Assembly (NCBI GenBank): GCA_052035175.1
Contig: JBPOHV010000001.1
Span: forward strand, 105,569-169,568
Length of the DNA stretch: 64,000 bases
Reading direction: 5' to 3'
Source: a candidate division WWE3 bacterium
GTDB lineage: Bacteria > Patescibacteriota > WWE3 > UBA101185 > UBA10185
Shown: piece after piece, positions 27,029 to 35,964 of the stretch
Numbering within the stretch: the stretch's first letter is position 1
How the letters are laid out: the number at the start of each line of letters is the position of its first letter
The notes under the pieces: model-generated
Seen by the model: the letters and a program-made list of their open reading frames with translations, nothing else
Told to the model about the DNA's origin: nothing
The model's database searches: none
Translations under genes and position numbers: made by a program

Positions 27029-29302
27029 ATGTTTAATGCCTTTACATTATTTAATAGAAAAAAGATGGAGCAAGACGCAACTGGTGTTACACAGTTGAAT
27101 GATGCTGTAAAAAAAGATCAAGCTGGAGATGAAAAAAAACCAGCAGAAATGCTTTCTCAAGGCATGATAAACGTACGCGACATTATAGCGCCTTCAGCAA
27201 TCGAGGTCGATTTCAATCATTTAAAAATTGGAAATAAATATTACCGCACATTTTTTGTTGCTGGTTATCCTAGATTTGTTGGCGCAAATTGGTTATCGCC
27301 AATTATCAACTTTGATCATTCTCTTGATATTTCGTTTTTTTATTATCCAGTAAAGTCAAAAGTAATTTTAGATGATTTGCGCAGAAAAATTACAGAGCTA
27401 GAAGCAACTATGATGGCTGATCAAGAAAAAGGTAAAGTTACAGATCCAGTTGTAAAAGCTGCTCTCGAAGATGCAAAAGATTTACAAGAGCAATTGGTCA
27501 AAGGTGTAGAAAAATATTTCCAATATTCATTTTATATAACAATACCTGCAGATTCTCTTGAAGAGTTGAATGTGGTTTCAAGCAAACTCGAATCTACCTT
27601 AGCTTCTTTAATTCTTATTTCAAAAACTGCAGCTTTGCAAATGGAAGACGCATTTCAATCGACTGTACCTGCAGGTATCGACAAGCTACTAATTACTAGA
27701 AATATGGATACGACTAGCTTGGCTACGACATTTCCGTTTACATCATCTGATCTGACTTCTGATGAAGGCATTATGTATGGAATTAATATGCATAATGGCT
27801 CATTAGTTATATTTGACCGATTTTCAATGGAAAATGCCAATGCAGTTGTTTTTGCAAAATCTGGTTCTGGTAAATCTTATTTTGTAAAACTAGAAGCTTT
27901 GCGTTTGATGGTATTTGGCGCTGAATGTATAGTTGTCGATCCTGAAAATGAGTATAAATTGCTTTGTGAAGCAGTAGGTGGTAATTTTATAGACTTTTCT
28001 CCGGGTTCGTTGACAAAGATTAACCCATTTGATTTGGCAGGTATTGCCGTTGAAGGTGAAAATGAATTGGGACAGAAAGTGCAATCATTGCACACGTTGT
28101 TGAAATTGATGATGGGAAGTTTGAATCCAACAGAAGAGGCTATTTTAGACAGAGCACTTATGGAAACGTATCGGTTAATGGGAATAAATACCGATCCTGA
28201 AACTCAAATATCAAAAACTCCTCCAGTACTAGAAGATTTGTATAAAGTACTTTTGGGTGCAGAAGAACCTGAAGCACGTGGTATGGCCGATCGTTTGGAA
28301 AAGTACATTAGGGGCTCTATGGCTGGTATTTTTGATTCTCAATCAAATGTTAAGTTCGACACAAAAATGACAGTATTTTCTACAAGAAATCTTGAAGAAA
28401 CCTTGCGACCGATTGCTTTTTATATAATTCTTGACCATGTTTGGACCAAAATACGAAAAGATTTACGAAAGCGCATATTGATCATCGAAGAAGCTTGGTA
28501 TTTGATGCAAAACGAAGATAGTGCAAGGTTTATTTATGGTATAGCAAAACGCGCACGTAAATATTATTTGGGACTCACCACTATATCTCAAGATGTTGAT
28601 GACTTTTTGGGTTCATCTCATGGTGCAGCGGTAGTTTCAAATTCGTCAATTCAAGTTTTGTTCAAACAACATCCGTCAGCTATTGATAAAGTTGCAGAAA
28701 CCTTTAATTTGAGTGAAGGTGAAAAAAGATTTTTGCTGGCTGCCGATGTAGGAGAAGGTTTATTCTTTGCTGGTTCAAATCACGTTGCTATAAATGTAAA
28801 AGCGTCTCCAGAAGAACACAAGTTAATAACAACCAATCCGGCAGAATTATTGCGCATGAAACAAGAAGGTAAGCTTGGTGCTGTTGCACAAGAGCAAAGA
28901 CCTGTATATGAAAGGTATGAGCATATCGATTTGAATAAATATCATATTATCGGAGATAAAAATGGTACGCCAAGTCTAGAAGACATGAAAGCTGTTTCTG
29001 TAGCTCATAACGAAGCTGTGCAAGCTGAGGAAGCAGCACAAGTTGCTGCAGCTGCTGCTGAAGAAGCACACGAACCAACTTCCACAGACATAATGAACTC
29101 GGTAAATGAAAGCTTACCTTCTGCTCCTCTTGCTCAGGCTGCACAACCAATGCCTTTGTCTCAAGTACCTTCACCTATGAATTCAGTTCAACCTAGTTCA
29201 ACACAAATGCCTTTAGCTCCAACGGCAACCCCAACGCCATTGGCACCTCCTACACAGGCGCCACAAGATCCAAATTTATTACGCAAACCCATAATTAGAT
29301 AG
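27029..29302 (+). CDS. VirB4/TrbE-family type IV secretion (conjugative transfer) ATPase with a Pro/Ala/Gln-rich C-terminal tail.
   Basis: Walker A VVFAKSGSGKSYFV; Walker B-like ILIIEEAWYLM; VirB4-like N-domain; 757 aa. Confidence 0.7.
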   Translation: MFNAFTLFNRKKMEQDATGVTQLNDAVKKDQAGDEKKPAEMLSQGMINVRDIIAPSAIEVDFNHLKIGNKYYRTFFVAGYPRFVGANWLSPIINFDHSLDISFFYYPVKSKVILDDLRRKITELEATMMADQEKGKVTDPVVKAALEDAKDLQEQLVKGVEKYFQYSFYITIPADSLEELNVVSSKLESTLASLILISKTAALQMEDAFQSTVPAGIDKLLITRNMDTTSLATTFPFTSSDLTSDEGIMYGINMHNGSLVIFDRFSMENANAVVFAKSGSGKSYFVKLEALRLMVFGAECIVVDPENEYKLLCEAVGGNFIDFSPGSLTKINPFDLAGIAVEGENELGQKVQSLHTLLKLMMGSLNPTEEAILDRALMETYRLMGINTDPETQISKTPPVLEDLYKVLLGAEEPEARGMADRLEKYIRGSMAGIFDSQSNVKFDTKMTVFSTRNLEETLRPIAFYIILDHVWTKIRKDLRKRILIIEEAWYLMQNEDSARFIYGIAKRARKYYLGLTTISQDVDDFLGSSHGAAVVSNSSIQVLFKQHPSAIDKVAETFNLSEGEKRFLLAADVGEGLFFAGSNHVAINVKASPEEHKLITTNPAELLRMKQEGKLGAVAQEQRPVYERYEHIDLNKYHIIGDKNGTPSLEDMKAVSVAHNEAVQAEEAAQVAAAAAEEAHEPTSTDIMNSVNESLPSAPLAQAAQPMPLSQVPSPMNSVQPSSTQMPLAPTATPTPLAPPTQAPQDPNLLRKPIIR

Positions 29303-29347
29303 GATGGCTACTCGGATAGTAGATATAAGACTGTGATTGGTTAAATC

Positions 29348-30460
29348 TCAGCGTACTTGCATTGGCATTACAACATAGACGTATTTGTCGTGATTGTTTG
29401 CAGTTACTTTTATTGGTGCAGCCGCACTCGAAGCGTCAATGGTGAGAGTTGTACCTTTATGTATATTTAAATAATCCAAAAGATACTTTGACTTAAATGC
29501 GATTTCCATTGCACTTCCCGTTATTTTTGCTGGAAGGTTGCTTTCGTGTGTACCATCTTCCGATGATTTTGCGGTGATAGTTACATTTCCCTCTGGATTA
29601 AAATGTATTTTCACAGTTTTGTTTTCGTCGCCATTAAAAACATTTGCCAAAGAAATAGCTTCCAAAAGTGCATCGGCTTCTACTTGTATTTGTGTAGATG
29701 TATTTTGCGGAATTATTGCTTTGTAATTTGGGTATTGTCCGCTAATTACTACCGTTGTTGCTTGAGTTTGACTATCACTCAAGATTATTGAGTTTTCATT
29801 TGTGTTCACTCCAATTTTTAATTGATCGTCTCCAAATATTTTACAGATTTCAGATAAAATGCGTGCAGGTACAATTATTGAAAATGGTGTGTTGCTTTCG
29901 CTGTGTGAACTGATTGGTATAGATTTTTCTGCCAAGCGAAATCCGTCACAACCTACGAGTGTTAGTAAATCATCAGCGTATGATAATAAGACTCCGGTGA
30001 GTACTGGTTGACTGTCGGGGCCGCCTGTTGCAAAAGTTATATAGTTAAGTGCAGTGTTCAATGTTTTTGGATCGACCTCTATAAAAATATCGTTTGTCTC
30101 CATGTTTGGCAATTCTGGAAAATCGTGTGCATTAATTCCATTTATTTTTGTTTTGGCTGTGTCACTAATCAAATGTAAAATATCTTTTTTTAGTTCTATG
30201 TCCAAAGTACGAGAAGAAATGTTATCGATAAGATCTTTTATTTTTTTTGCAGACACAGTTATTTTTCCTGGTGCATCTATAGAAGCTTTTACATTTGTTT
30301 TTATTGAGGTAGTTTGATCAGTGCCTGATAAAGTCAGCGTGTCGTTTTCTGCTTCTATGAGAATGTTTTTTAAAATATCTAGCGTTGACTTTGAAGGAAT
30401 TACTCGATGAACTATATTAATACTTTTGCCTAAATTTTCTTTCAAGCAGGTAAATTTCAT
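29348..30460 (-). CDS. dnaN: DNA polymerase III beta subunit (sliding clamp).
   Basis: MKFTCLKENLGKSINIVHRVIPSKSTLDILKNILIEA N-terminus; about 370 aa, three-domain length. Confidence 0.8.
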   Translation of the reverse strand: MKFTCLKENLGKSINIVHRVIPSKSTLDILKNILIEAENDTLTLSGTDQTTSIKTNVKASIDAPGKITVSAKKIKDLIDNISSRTLDIELKKDILHLISDTAKTKINGINAHDFPELPNMETNDIFIEVDPKTLNTALNYITFATGGPDSQPVLTGVLLSYADDLLTLVGCDGFRLAEKSIPISSHSESNTPFSIIVPARILSEICKIFGDDQLKIGVNTNENSIILSDSQTQATTVVISGQYPNYKAIIPQNTSTQIQVEADALLEAISLANVFNGDENKTVKIHFNPEGNVTITAKSSEDGTHESNLPAKITGSAMEIAFKSKYLLDYLNIHKGTTLTIDASSAAAPIKVTANNHDKYVYVVMPMQVR

Positions 30461-30473
30461 AAATTTTCAATTA

Positions 30474-30983
30474 TTAGTCTTTTTTGGTTGTTAAGATAAT
30501 ATGCCTTGTTTGTCCTTCGCCTGTGCTTTCAGAAATCACATCTGCATATTCGCGTACAAACATATGCACAAGTCTTCGTTCCCAAGGACTCATTGGAGGT
30601 AGTTCGACATCTTTTTGAAAAAATCTTACTTTATCGATATATCTTTTTACCATTTCATATATCTTTTCTTCTTTTTTTACTTTGTATCCATTGATATCAA
30701 GGTTTGCAAAAACGCGGGATCCAGTTTGTTTGTACATAATAAGTCCAATAACATTTTGCATATTGTCCAATGTATAACCACGTGTACCAATCAAGAAACT
30801 AAGGTCATCGCCTTCGACAATTACATCGTAAGTTTCTACGCCTTCTTCAGATAATTCTGTATGAGGTTGTTTGGTGACTACTACTCCTGCACTAATTCCC
30901 AATTTCTTGAGGAGGTCCTCTGTTACTGTTTTAATTTTTGATTCCATGTTTGCTTCCATAATATAGTATCTACCTTTTACCAA
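30474..30983 (-). CDS. jag: Jag/KhpB-like RNA-binding protein (Jag-N, KH and R3H domains).
   Basis: C-terminal R3H-like GEGQTRHIILTTK plus a KH-like region; immediately downstream of yidC as in rnpA-yidC-jag clusters. Start uncertain (alternative ATG at 30947). Confidence 0.6.
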   Translation of the reverse strand: MVKGRYYIMEANMESKIKTVTEDLLKKLGISAGVVVTKQPHTELSEEGVETYDVIVEGDDLSFLIGTRGYTLDNMQNVIGLIMYKQTGSRVFANLDINGYKVKKEEKIYEMVKRYIDKVRFFQKDVELPPMSPWERRLVHMFVREYADVISESTGEGQTRHIILTTKKD

Positions 30984-31749
30984 ATTTTATGACTTTTATC
31001 CAGCTTTTTATTATTTCTTTGTGCATAAGAGCATATTGTTGTGCTAGTGAGTATAGCGTACCAATTACTATATAAAGGGCAACTCCCGAAGGTAGTGTAA
31101 GTGCTACGATAGCATTCATAATTGGCATCATAAGTAACATTTGATTTTGTACTTCGTAGGCAAAATCATCGCTTTTATCTTTTGTTTCTTCGGCAGCTTC
31201 TTTACCAATTTTTGCAAGTGGTGCTGTTAGTTTGGTCAGTACATATTGCAAAAGCCCAGACAATACTGCGAGTACATAATAAGGGTCAGCTTTTGATAAA
31301 TCCATATACAAAAAGCTTGTTTTAATAGCTTCTTTATTTTCAAATGCAAAACTTGGTACATAAAGCATGCTATTTATTTTGGTGATATCAGGGTCAACCG
31401 ACATAAGCCTTATAACTCCAAATAAAGCTATAAGTACAATTATCATAACGACCTGGGTAAGGCAGCCAGATGCTGGGTTGATGCCGTTTTCTTTGAGAAG
31501 CTCCATTTGTTTTTTTGCTAACAGTTGTTTGTCGTCGCCATACTTTTTTTTGAGCTTTTGAATCTCTGGTTGAAGCTCTTTTTGTTTATTCATTGATTTC
31601 ATTGATGGTAAAACAAATGGCAAAAGTATCGTCCTTACCGCTACGGTAAGCAATATTATAGAAATACCCAAATTACCAGTTAGTTGGTAAAAATAAACCA
31701 ATACATTGAGTATTGGTGTGACTAAAATAAGATTCCATAGGTGTGACAT
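30970..31749 (-). CDS. yidC: Membrane protein insertase YidC (short form).
   Basis: Polytopic 259-aa protein with a conserved YidC/Oxa1 core (PILNVLVYFYQLTGNLGISIILLTVAVRTILLP). Confidence 0.75.
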   Translation of the reverse strand: MSHLWNLILVTPILNVLVYFYQLTGNLGISIILLTVAVRTILLPFVLPSMKSMNKQKELQPEIQKLKKKYGDDKQLLAKKQMELLKENGINPASGCLTQVVMIIVLIALFGVIRLMSVDPDITKINSMLYVPSFAFENKEAIKTSFLYMDLSKADPYYVLAVLSGLLQYVLTKLTAPLAKIGKEAAEETKDKSDDFAYEVQNQMLLMMPIMNAIVALTLPSGVALYIVIGTLYSLAQQYALMHKEIIKSWIKVIKFGKR

Positions 31750-31890
31750 ATAACCGCTCCATTTTAAGCTGAATAGCCTTTTATAGCAAGTTTGCCTACC
31801 TTTATGTCCTATAGTTTATTTATCGTCACGAATTTGCTATAGTCGGTGCAACAATCAAACGGCCGCAAGGCCAATAGAAAAAAGGAGCAT

Positions 31891-32331
31891 ATGATGTCTT
31901 TTATAATATTTGATAACATTCCAGCAATTGTTTTGTCGGTCTATGGAAATCTGGCCGAAATAACTCCCAGCCAAGCATACCCTAACCAGGGCTTGGTTAG
32001 GGACTTGCAGACTGAAAGGATCCAAAGTTTTTTTATTGAAAGTAGAGACAAGGTTTACTTTTTTCCAGAGGTAAATCATGTAGGGTCCAACGGGTTTGAG
32101 TTTTTTTTCACTTCCGTGCAGATAGTTGGACAGTTAGTCCAACTGAGCGGTGAGATAGGCCGTATACTGCGGTCTGGTGCGCGTGTAAGTTTCAGTTTCC
32201 CTCTAGACGAGGGAAGGTTAGAAATTTACAATCACCGCATCCATGGCTGGATGCTGAAAGCCGTGGCCACAAAGGGACAGCCTTACGGCTACATAGCGGG
32301 AGATAGTTCTGGTGAAAGAGTTTTCATCTAA
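31891..32331 (+). CDS. Hypothetical protein encoded in a GC-rich insert between yidD and yidC, on the opposite strand.
   Basis: RBS AAAGGAG before ATGATG at 31891. Codon usage shifts to G/C-rich in the 3' half. No motifs. Confidence 0.3.
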   Translation: MMSFIIFDNIPAIVLSVYGNLAEITPSQAYPNQGLVRDLQTERIQSFFIESRDKVYFFPEVNHVGSNGFEFFFTSVQIVGQLVQLSGEIGRILRSGARVSFSFPLDEGRLEIYNHRIHGWMLKAVATKGQPYGYIAGDSSGERVFI

Positions 32332-32477
32332 GTATTCCCACAAATGTGCGCTGGGGTTTTGCCCAACCCCAGCGCACGGGTTCAAAGCTTTGTAAACTCC
32401 ACCTTATTATTTTTGAAAAATCCGATTTTTATGCTATAAATCCAACGTGGTTAGAGAGACTACGAAGGAGAAAGGCA

Positions 32478-32610
32478 TGAAAAAAAGATTGCTGTCGATT
32501 GTTGCTTTGTTACTACTGGCGGTCATGCTGTTGCTAGCTATATCTAGCAACGAATTTCGCTCGTGGGCTGTTACGCCCACGCAAAGTGAGGTGCAAGTAG
32601 AATACTAATA
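32478..32610 (+). CDS. Small hypothetical signal-peptide protein (43 aa).
   Basis: RBS GAAGGAG before the ATG. MKKRLLSIVALLLLAVMLLLAISS is a signal/TM helix. Confidence 0.3.
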
Positions 32611-32673
32611 GTACTTCGAAAAACTTATCGTTGGCTGTAAAAATCAATTATCTCTCTAACCACAGCCGCTATT

Positions 32674-32889
32674 TCATTTCACCGGGTCATACCCGCTTGG
32701 TCCCCAGGGGTTGCATTTTAGTGTACGTATCGTTCCTAAATACCCGCCTTTTATAACGCCATATTTTTCAATAGCTTCTTTTGTATAGTCAGCGCACGAA
32801 GGTGTAAACCTGCATGTATGTACGCCCCATCTAGCGGGAGATAGCCACTTTTTGTATAAATCTAATAATTTCAGTATTAATATTTTCAT
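32674..32889 (-). CDS. yidD: Membrane protein insertion efficiency factor YidD.
   Basis: LSPARWGVHTCRFTPSCADYTKEAIEKYG signature with conserved Cys. Start at MKILIL; overlaps rnpA by about 59 nt. Confidence 0.75.
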   Translation of the reverse strand: MKILILKLLDLYKKWLSPARWGVHTCRFTPSCADYTKEAIEKYGVIKGGYLGTIRTLKCNPWGPSGYDPVK

Positions 32890-33178
32890 AACTTTGTTCT
32901 TTGGCTGATTGCTTGGGATATACACTGATCCAAAGATTTTGCGGTAAATCTTCGAGCCCTAGCCTAAATGCTTCTCTAAAAAGCCTTTTTACATGATTTC
33001 TGACGACAGCTTTTTTGTCAAAATGTGCGCTCGTCACGATGCCTATACGAGTAGGTCCCGTGTAGTTTGTAGGCTTTAAATAAATAATTTTAGCGTAAGC
33101 GGTGTCTATAGGTTTGCCATATTTACGAGTGATATTAAACTCAAAGTTAGTCGTAAGACGATTTTGGCTTTTTAACAT
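32831..33178 (-). CDS. rnpA: Ribonuclease P protein component.
   Basis: 115-aa basic protein with a KRLFREAFR (RNR-like) motif; directly downstream of rpmH. Confidence 0.7.
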   Translation of the reverse strand: MLKSQNRLTTNFEFNITRKYGKPIDTAYAKIIYLKPTNYTGPTRIGIVTSAHFDKKAVVRNHVKRLFREAFRLGLEDLPQNLWISVYPKQSAKEQSYENINTEIIRFIQKVAISR

Positions 33179-33205
33179 GTGTATATTATAGACTTTAGAT
33201 GCTGA

Positions 33206-33382
33206 TTAGTCGTTTGAAGGTTTTTGTTTTGTAGAATAGCTGACTGTGAGTCTTTTTCTACCTTTGGCCATACGTCTTTTAATAACGTTTTTACCGCCTG
33301 GTGTAGCCATTTTTGATAAGAAACCGTGTTTTTTTGCTCGTTTGACTTTTTTGGGTTGCCAAACTCTTTTTGTCTTTGCCAT
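33206..33382 (-). CDS. rpmH: 50S ribosomal protein L34.
   Basis: Hand translation of the minus strand gives [58 protein letters not shown]. Not in the ORF track (below the size cutoff). Confidence 0.85.
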   Translation of the reverse strand: MAKTKRVWQPKKVKRAKKHGFLSKMATPGGKNVIKRRMAKGRKRLTVSYSTKQKPSND

Positions 33383-33445
33383 AACAGCCAGAATAATAGC
33401 TTATTAAGGCTTTGTAGTCAATGTATTTAAGGTATAATGCTGTGT

Positions 33446-33790
33446 ATGGAACAAAAACATGAAGCTTCTATAGACGACTTATATAAAATCGACGTCAGGC
33501 TTGGCACTATTCTAGTTTGTGAAATTGTGCCTGGTTCAGAAAAATTACTTAGGCTAGAAGTAGACTTTGCAGATTTGGGAAAAAGGCAGATTCTAACTGG
33601 TATGGCCAAGTGGTATCAGCCAGCAGAATTGGTTGGTTTGCAAACTACTTTTGTTGTTAATTTACCTATTCGTAAAATGATGGGGTTGGAGTCTCAAGGT
33701 ATGGTTTTTGCTTTGGGGTTATCTGACGATACAAAACCAGTTTTCTTAATTCCCAAAGATTATGCACCAAACGGCGAAGGTGTTAGATAG
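33446..33790 (+). CDS. tRNA-binding protein (CsaA/Trbp111-like OB-fold, Myf domain).
   Basis: DVRLGTILVCEIVPGSEKLLRLEVDFADLGKRQILTGMAKWYQPAELVGLQTTFVVNLPIRKMMGLESQGMVFA matches the tRNA-binding EMAP/Myf domain pattern. Confidence 0.6.
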   Translation: MEQKHEASIDDLYKIDVRLGTILVCEIVPGSEKLLRLEVDFADLGKRQILTGMAKWYQPAELVGLQTTFVVNLPIRKMMGLESQGMVFALGLSDDTKPVFLIPKDYAPNGEGVR

Positions 33791-33811
33791 TCATAAGTTG
33801 ATATAATCGCT

Positions 33812-35032
33812 TTGTTTATGCAAAAAACTTACTATATTAAAACGCTCGGCTGCCAAGCCAATATTGCCGATTCAAATACAATTGCAGGTTTATTGGAGGC
33901 TTTGGATTTTTTACCCTATAAAATAGAAAAGGTATATGAAAATGAGCAACAAGAAATGGTAGATGTTTTGGGCAAAGTCGATTTATTCATACTCAATACT
34001 TGTTCTATTAGACAAAAAAGTGAAGATAAAGCATACGGTGTGGGAAGACACTTACGCTTGGCAAAAGATGCGACAGGCCATAAACCGTTTGTAGTCATGT
34101 CTGGGTGTATGGTGGGCAGTGTTACAGGTGAACGTCAAAGATATGAGTTTGAAAAATTACAAAAAAAGACTCAGTGGGTTGATTTGTATATTAATCCTTC
34201 TCAGATTTTTGAATTGCCAAACAAACTTTTTGAAAAAGGAATATTATCAGATTGGGCGTTGTCTACATTTGATGTTACCTCTATAGTTCCAAAGTCTGAA
34301 GATGAAAAACGTGCATTTGTAAACATTTCTCAAGGTTGTGATAACTTTTGTACATTTTGTGTCGTACCGTACGCAAGAGGTAAAGAAGTTTCTCGTACAA
34401 AAAAAGAAATCTTGGGCGAAATAAATCATTTGGCAAAACGCGGAGTTACGCATATCACGTTATGTGGTCAGAATGTAAATTCGTGGGGGCTTTCGATGTC
34501 TGAAAAATTCGAAATTCGCACAGGTAGCGATCACCAAATTCCGTTTGCAGATTTATTAAGAGAAATACACGCGATCGACGGTATTCAACAAATAGATTTT
34601 GTGTCATCTAATCCTTTCGACTTTGCAAATGAACTTATAGAAACAATCAAACTGCCAAAGATTTCTAATTATATGCATATCGCAGTGCAATCAGGTAACA
34701 ACGAAGTTTTAAAAAAAATGAATCGTAGACATACAGTCGAAGACTTTATTTATTTGGCAGACCGTTTGAAAGTCGCAAAGCCACAATTAGAACTAGGTAC
34801 AGATATAATTGTGGGCTTTCCTGGTGAAACTCGTGAACAGTTTTTAGATACAGTTGAATTATTTAAAAGAGTTGATTTTGCAGTCGCATATATCAGTATG
34901 TATTCTCAACGAGAAGGTACTCCTGCGACTAGGTTTTATGTCGATGATGTTACAAAAGAAGAAAAAAAATGGCGCCACGCGTATTTGACAAAAATTTGGA
35001 ATGACTCAAAAAGAAACAAAAATGAAATCTAA
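33812..35032 (+). CDS. miaB: tRNA-2-methylthio-N6-dimethylallyladenosine synthase (radical-SAM methylthiotransferase).
   Basis: YYIKTLGCQANIADS N-terminal MTTase motif; radical-SAM CxxxCxxC (GCDNFCTFC); C-terminal TRAM-like region. Confidence 0.8.
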   Translation: MFMQKTYYIKTLGCQANIADSNTIAGLLEALDFLPYKIEKVYENEQQEMVDVLGKVDLFILNTCSIRQKSEDKAYGVGRHLRLAKDATGHKPFVVMSGCMVGSVTGERQRYEFEKLQKKTQWVDLYINPSQIFELPNKLFEKGILSDWALSTFDVTSIVPKSEDEKRAFVNISQGCDNFCTFCVVPYARGKEVSRTKKEILGEINHLAKRGVTHITLCGQNVNSWGLSMSEKFEIRTGSDHQIPFADLLREIHAIDGIQQIDFVSSNPFDFANELIETIKLPKISNYMHIAVQSGNNEVLKKMNRRHTVEDFIYLADRLKVAKPQLELGTDIIVGFPGETREQFLDTVELFKRVDFAVAYISMYSQREGTPATRFYVDDVTKEEKKWRHAYLTKIWNDSKRNKNEI

Positions 35033-35954
35033 AAAAGTTTATATATTGTTAGGACCTACCTCGTCGGGAAAGACTTCGTTAGTAGTTAAGTTGTGTAACC
35101 AATTTGATGGAGAAATAATTTCGTGCGATTCACGTCAAATATGTAAGTATATGAATATTGGTACAGGCAAAGTACCAACTTACAACAAAACTAGCGTAAA
35201 GAATAAAGGAGATCATTGGTTAATCGACGGTGTTAAGGTATGGGGGTACGATCTGGTAACTCCAGATGACTATTTTTCTGCTTTTGATTTTGCAAAGTTT
35301 GCGTTGAGTAAAATATCTGAAATACAAAAAACTACGCCAGACAAAAAAATATTTTTGGTGGGAGGTACAGGTTTGTATATAGATGTATTAACAGGAAATG
35401 TAAAACTTGACCAAGGCGCGCCAAATCTTGAACTGCGTAATGAGTTAGAACAACTTTCTCTTGCTGAACTGTGTTCAAAATTACAAGTTATAGATCAGAA
35501 CCTTTTTGAAAAAATAGATAAACAAAATAAGCACAGGTTAATGCGTGCAATAGAAAGGACATTGTCGCCAAAAGAAGAATCGCTCGAACTTTGTACTGAT
35601 TGCGAGTACATATATTTTGGATTGAATGGCCCACGCGAAACCTTGTATGCGCGAGCAGATGCGTGGGCAAATGAAATTTGGCGACCCGGGCTTTTGGATG
35701 AAACCACATCTCTTCTGACGTCTAGATATAAATATAATACTAAATTAAACGGGTTGATTTATAAGCAAGCGGTCGCATTTTTAAAAAACGAAATTTCAGA
35801 AGATGTAGCCTTGCAACAAATGAAATTTGCACTACATGCGTATATACGTCGCCAGGTTACTTATTTTAATCGGATGAATAAATTTGTTGATATAAAGTGG
35901 TTTGACATTACGGATATAGATTTATATAGCAACATTTCTCATTTTTTGACATAA
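35001..35954 (+). CDS. miaA: tRNA dimethylallyltransferase.
   Basis: P-loop GPTSSGKTSL and the DSRQI motif; directly downstream of miaB, overlapping it. Confidence 0.8.
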   Translation: MTQKETKMKSKKVYILLGPTSSGKTSLVVKLCNQFDGEIISCDSRQICKYMNIGTGKVPTYNKTSVKNKGDHWLIDGVKVWGYDLVTPDDYFSAFDFAKFALSKISEIQKTTPDKKIFLVGGTGLYIDVLTGNVKLDQGAPNLELRNELEQLSLAELCSKLQVIDQNLFEKIDKQNKHRLMRAIERTLSPKEESLELCTDCEYIYFGLNGPRETLYARADAWANEIWRPGLLDETTSLLTSRYKYNTKLNGLIYKQAVAFLKNEISEDVALQQMKFALHAYIRRQVTYFNRMNKFVDIKWFDITDIDLYSNISHFLT

Positions 35955-35964
35955 TGTATATAAC

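Noticed and set aside
29303-30470. oriC next to dnaN.
   Set aside because: No dnaA gene. Only 45-nt and 13-nt intergenic gaps flank dnaN, with no room for DnaA-box clusters or an AT-rich unwinding element.
31850-32420. tmRNA (ssrA) hypothesis for the GC-rich insert, suggested by a CTCCACC-like end and a GGGTTCAAAGC T-loop-like segment.
   Set aside because: No tRNA-Ala-like acceptor with G3:U70, no pairable T-stem, and no tag-peptide frame ending in an ANDENYALAA-like sequence could be found by eye. Left as an unclassified insert.
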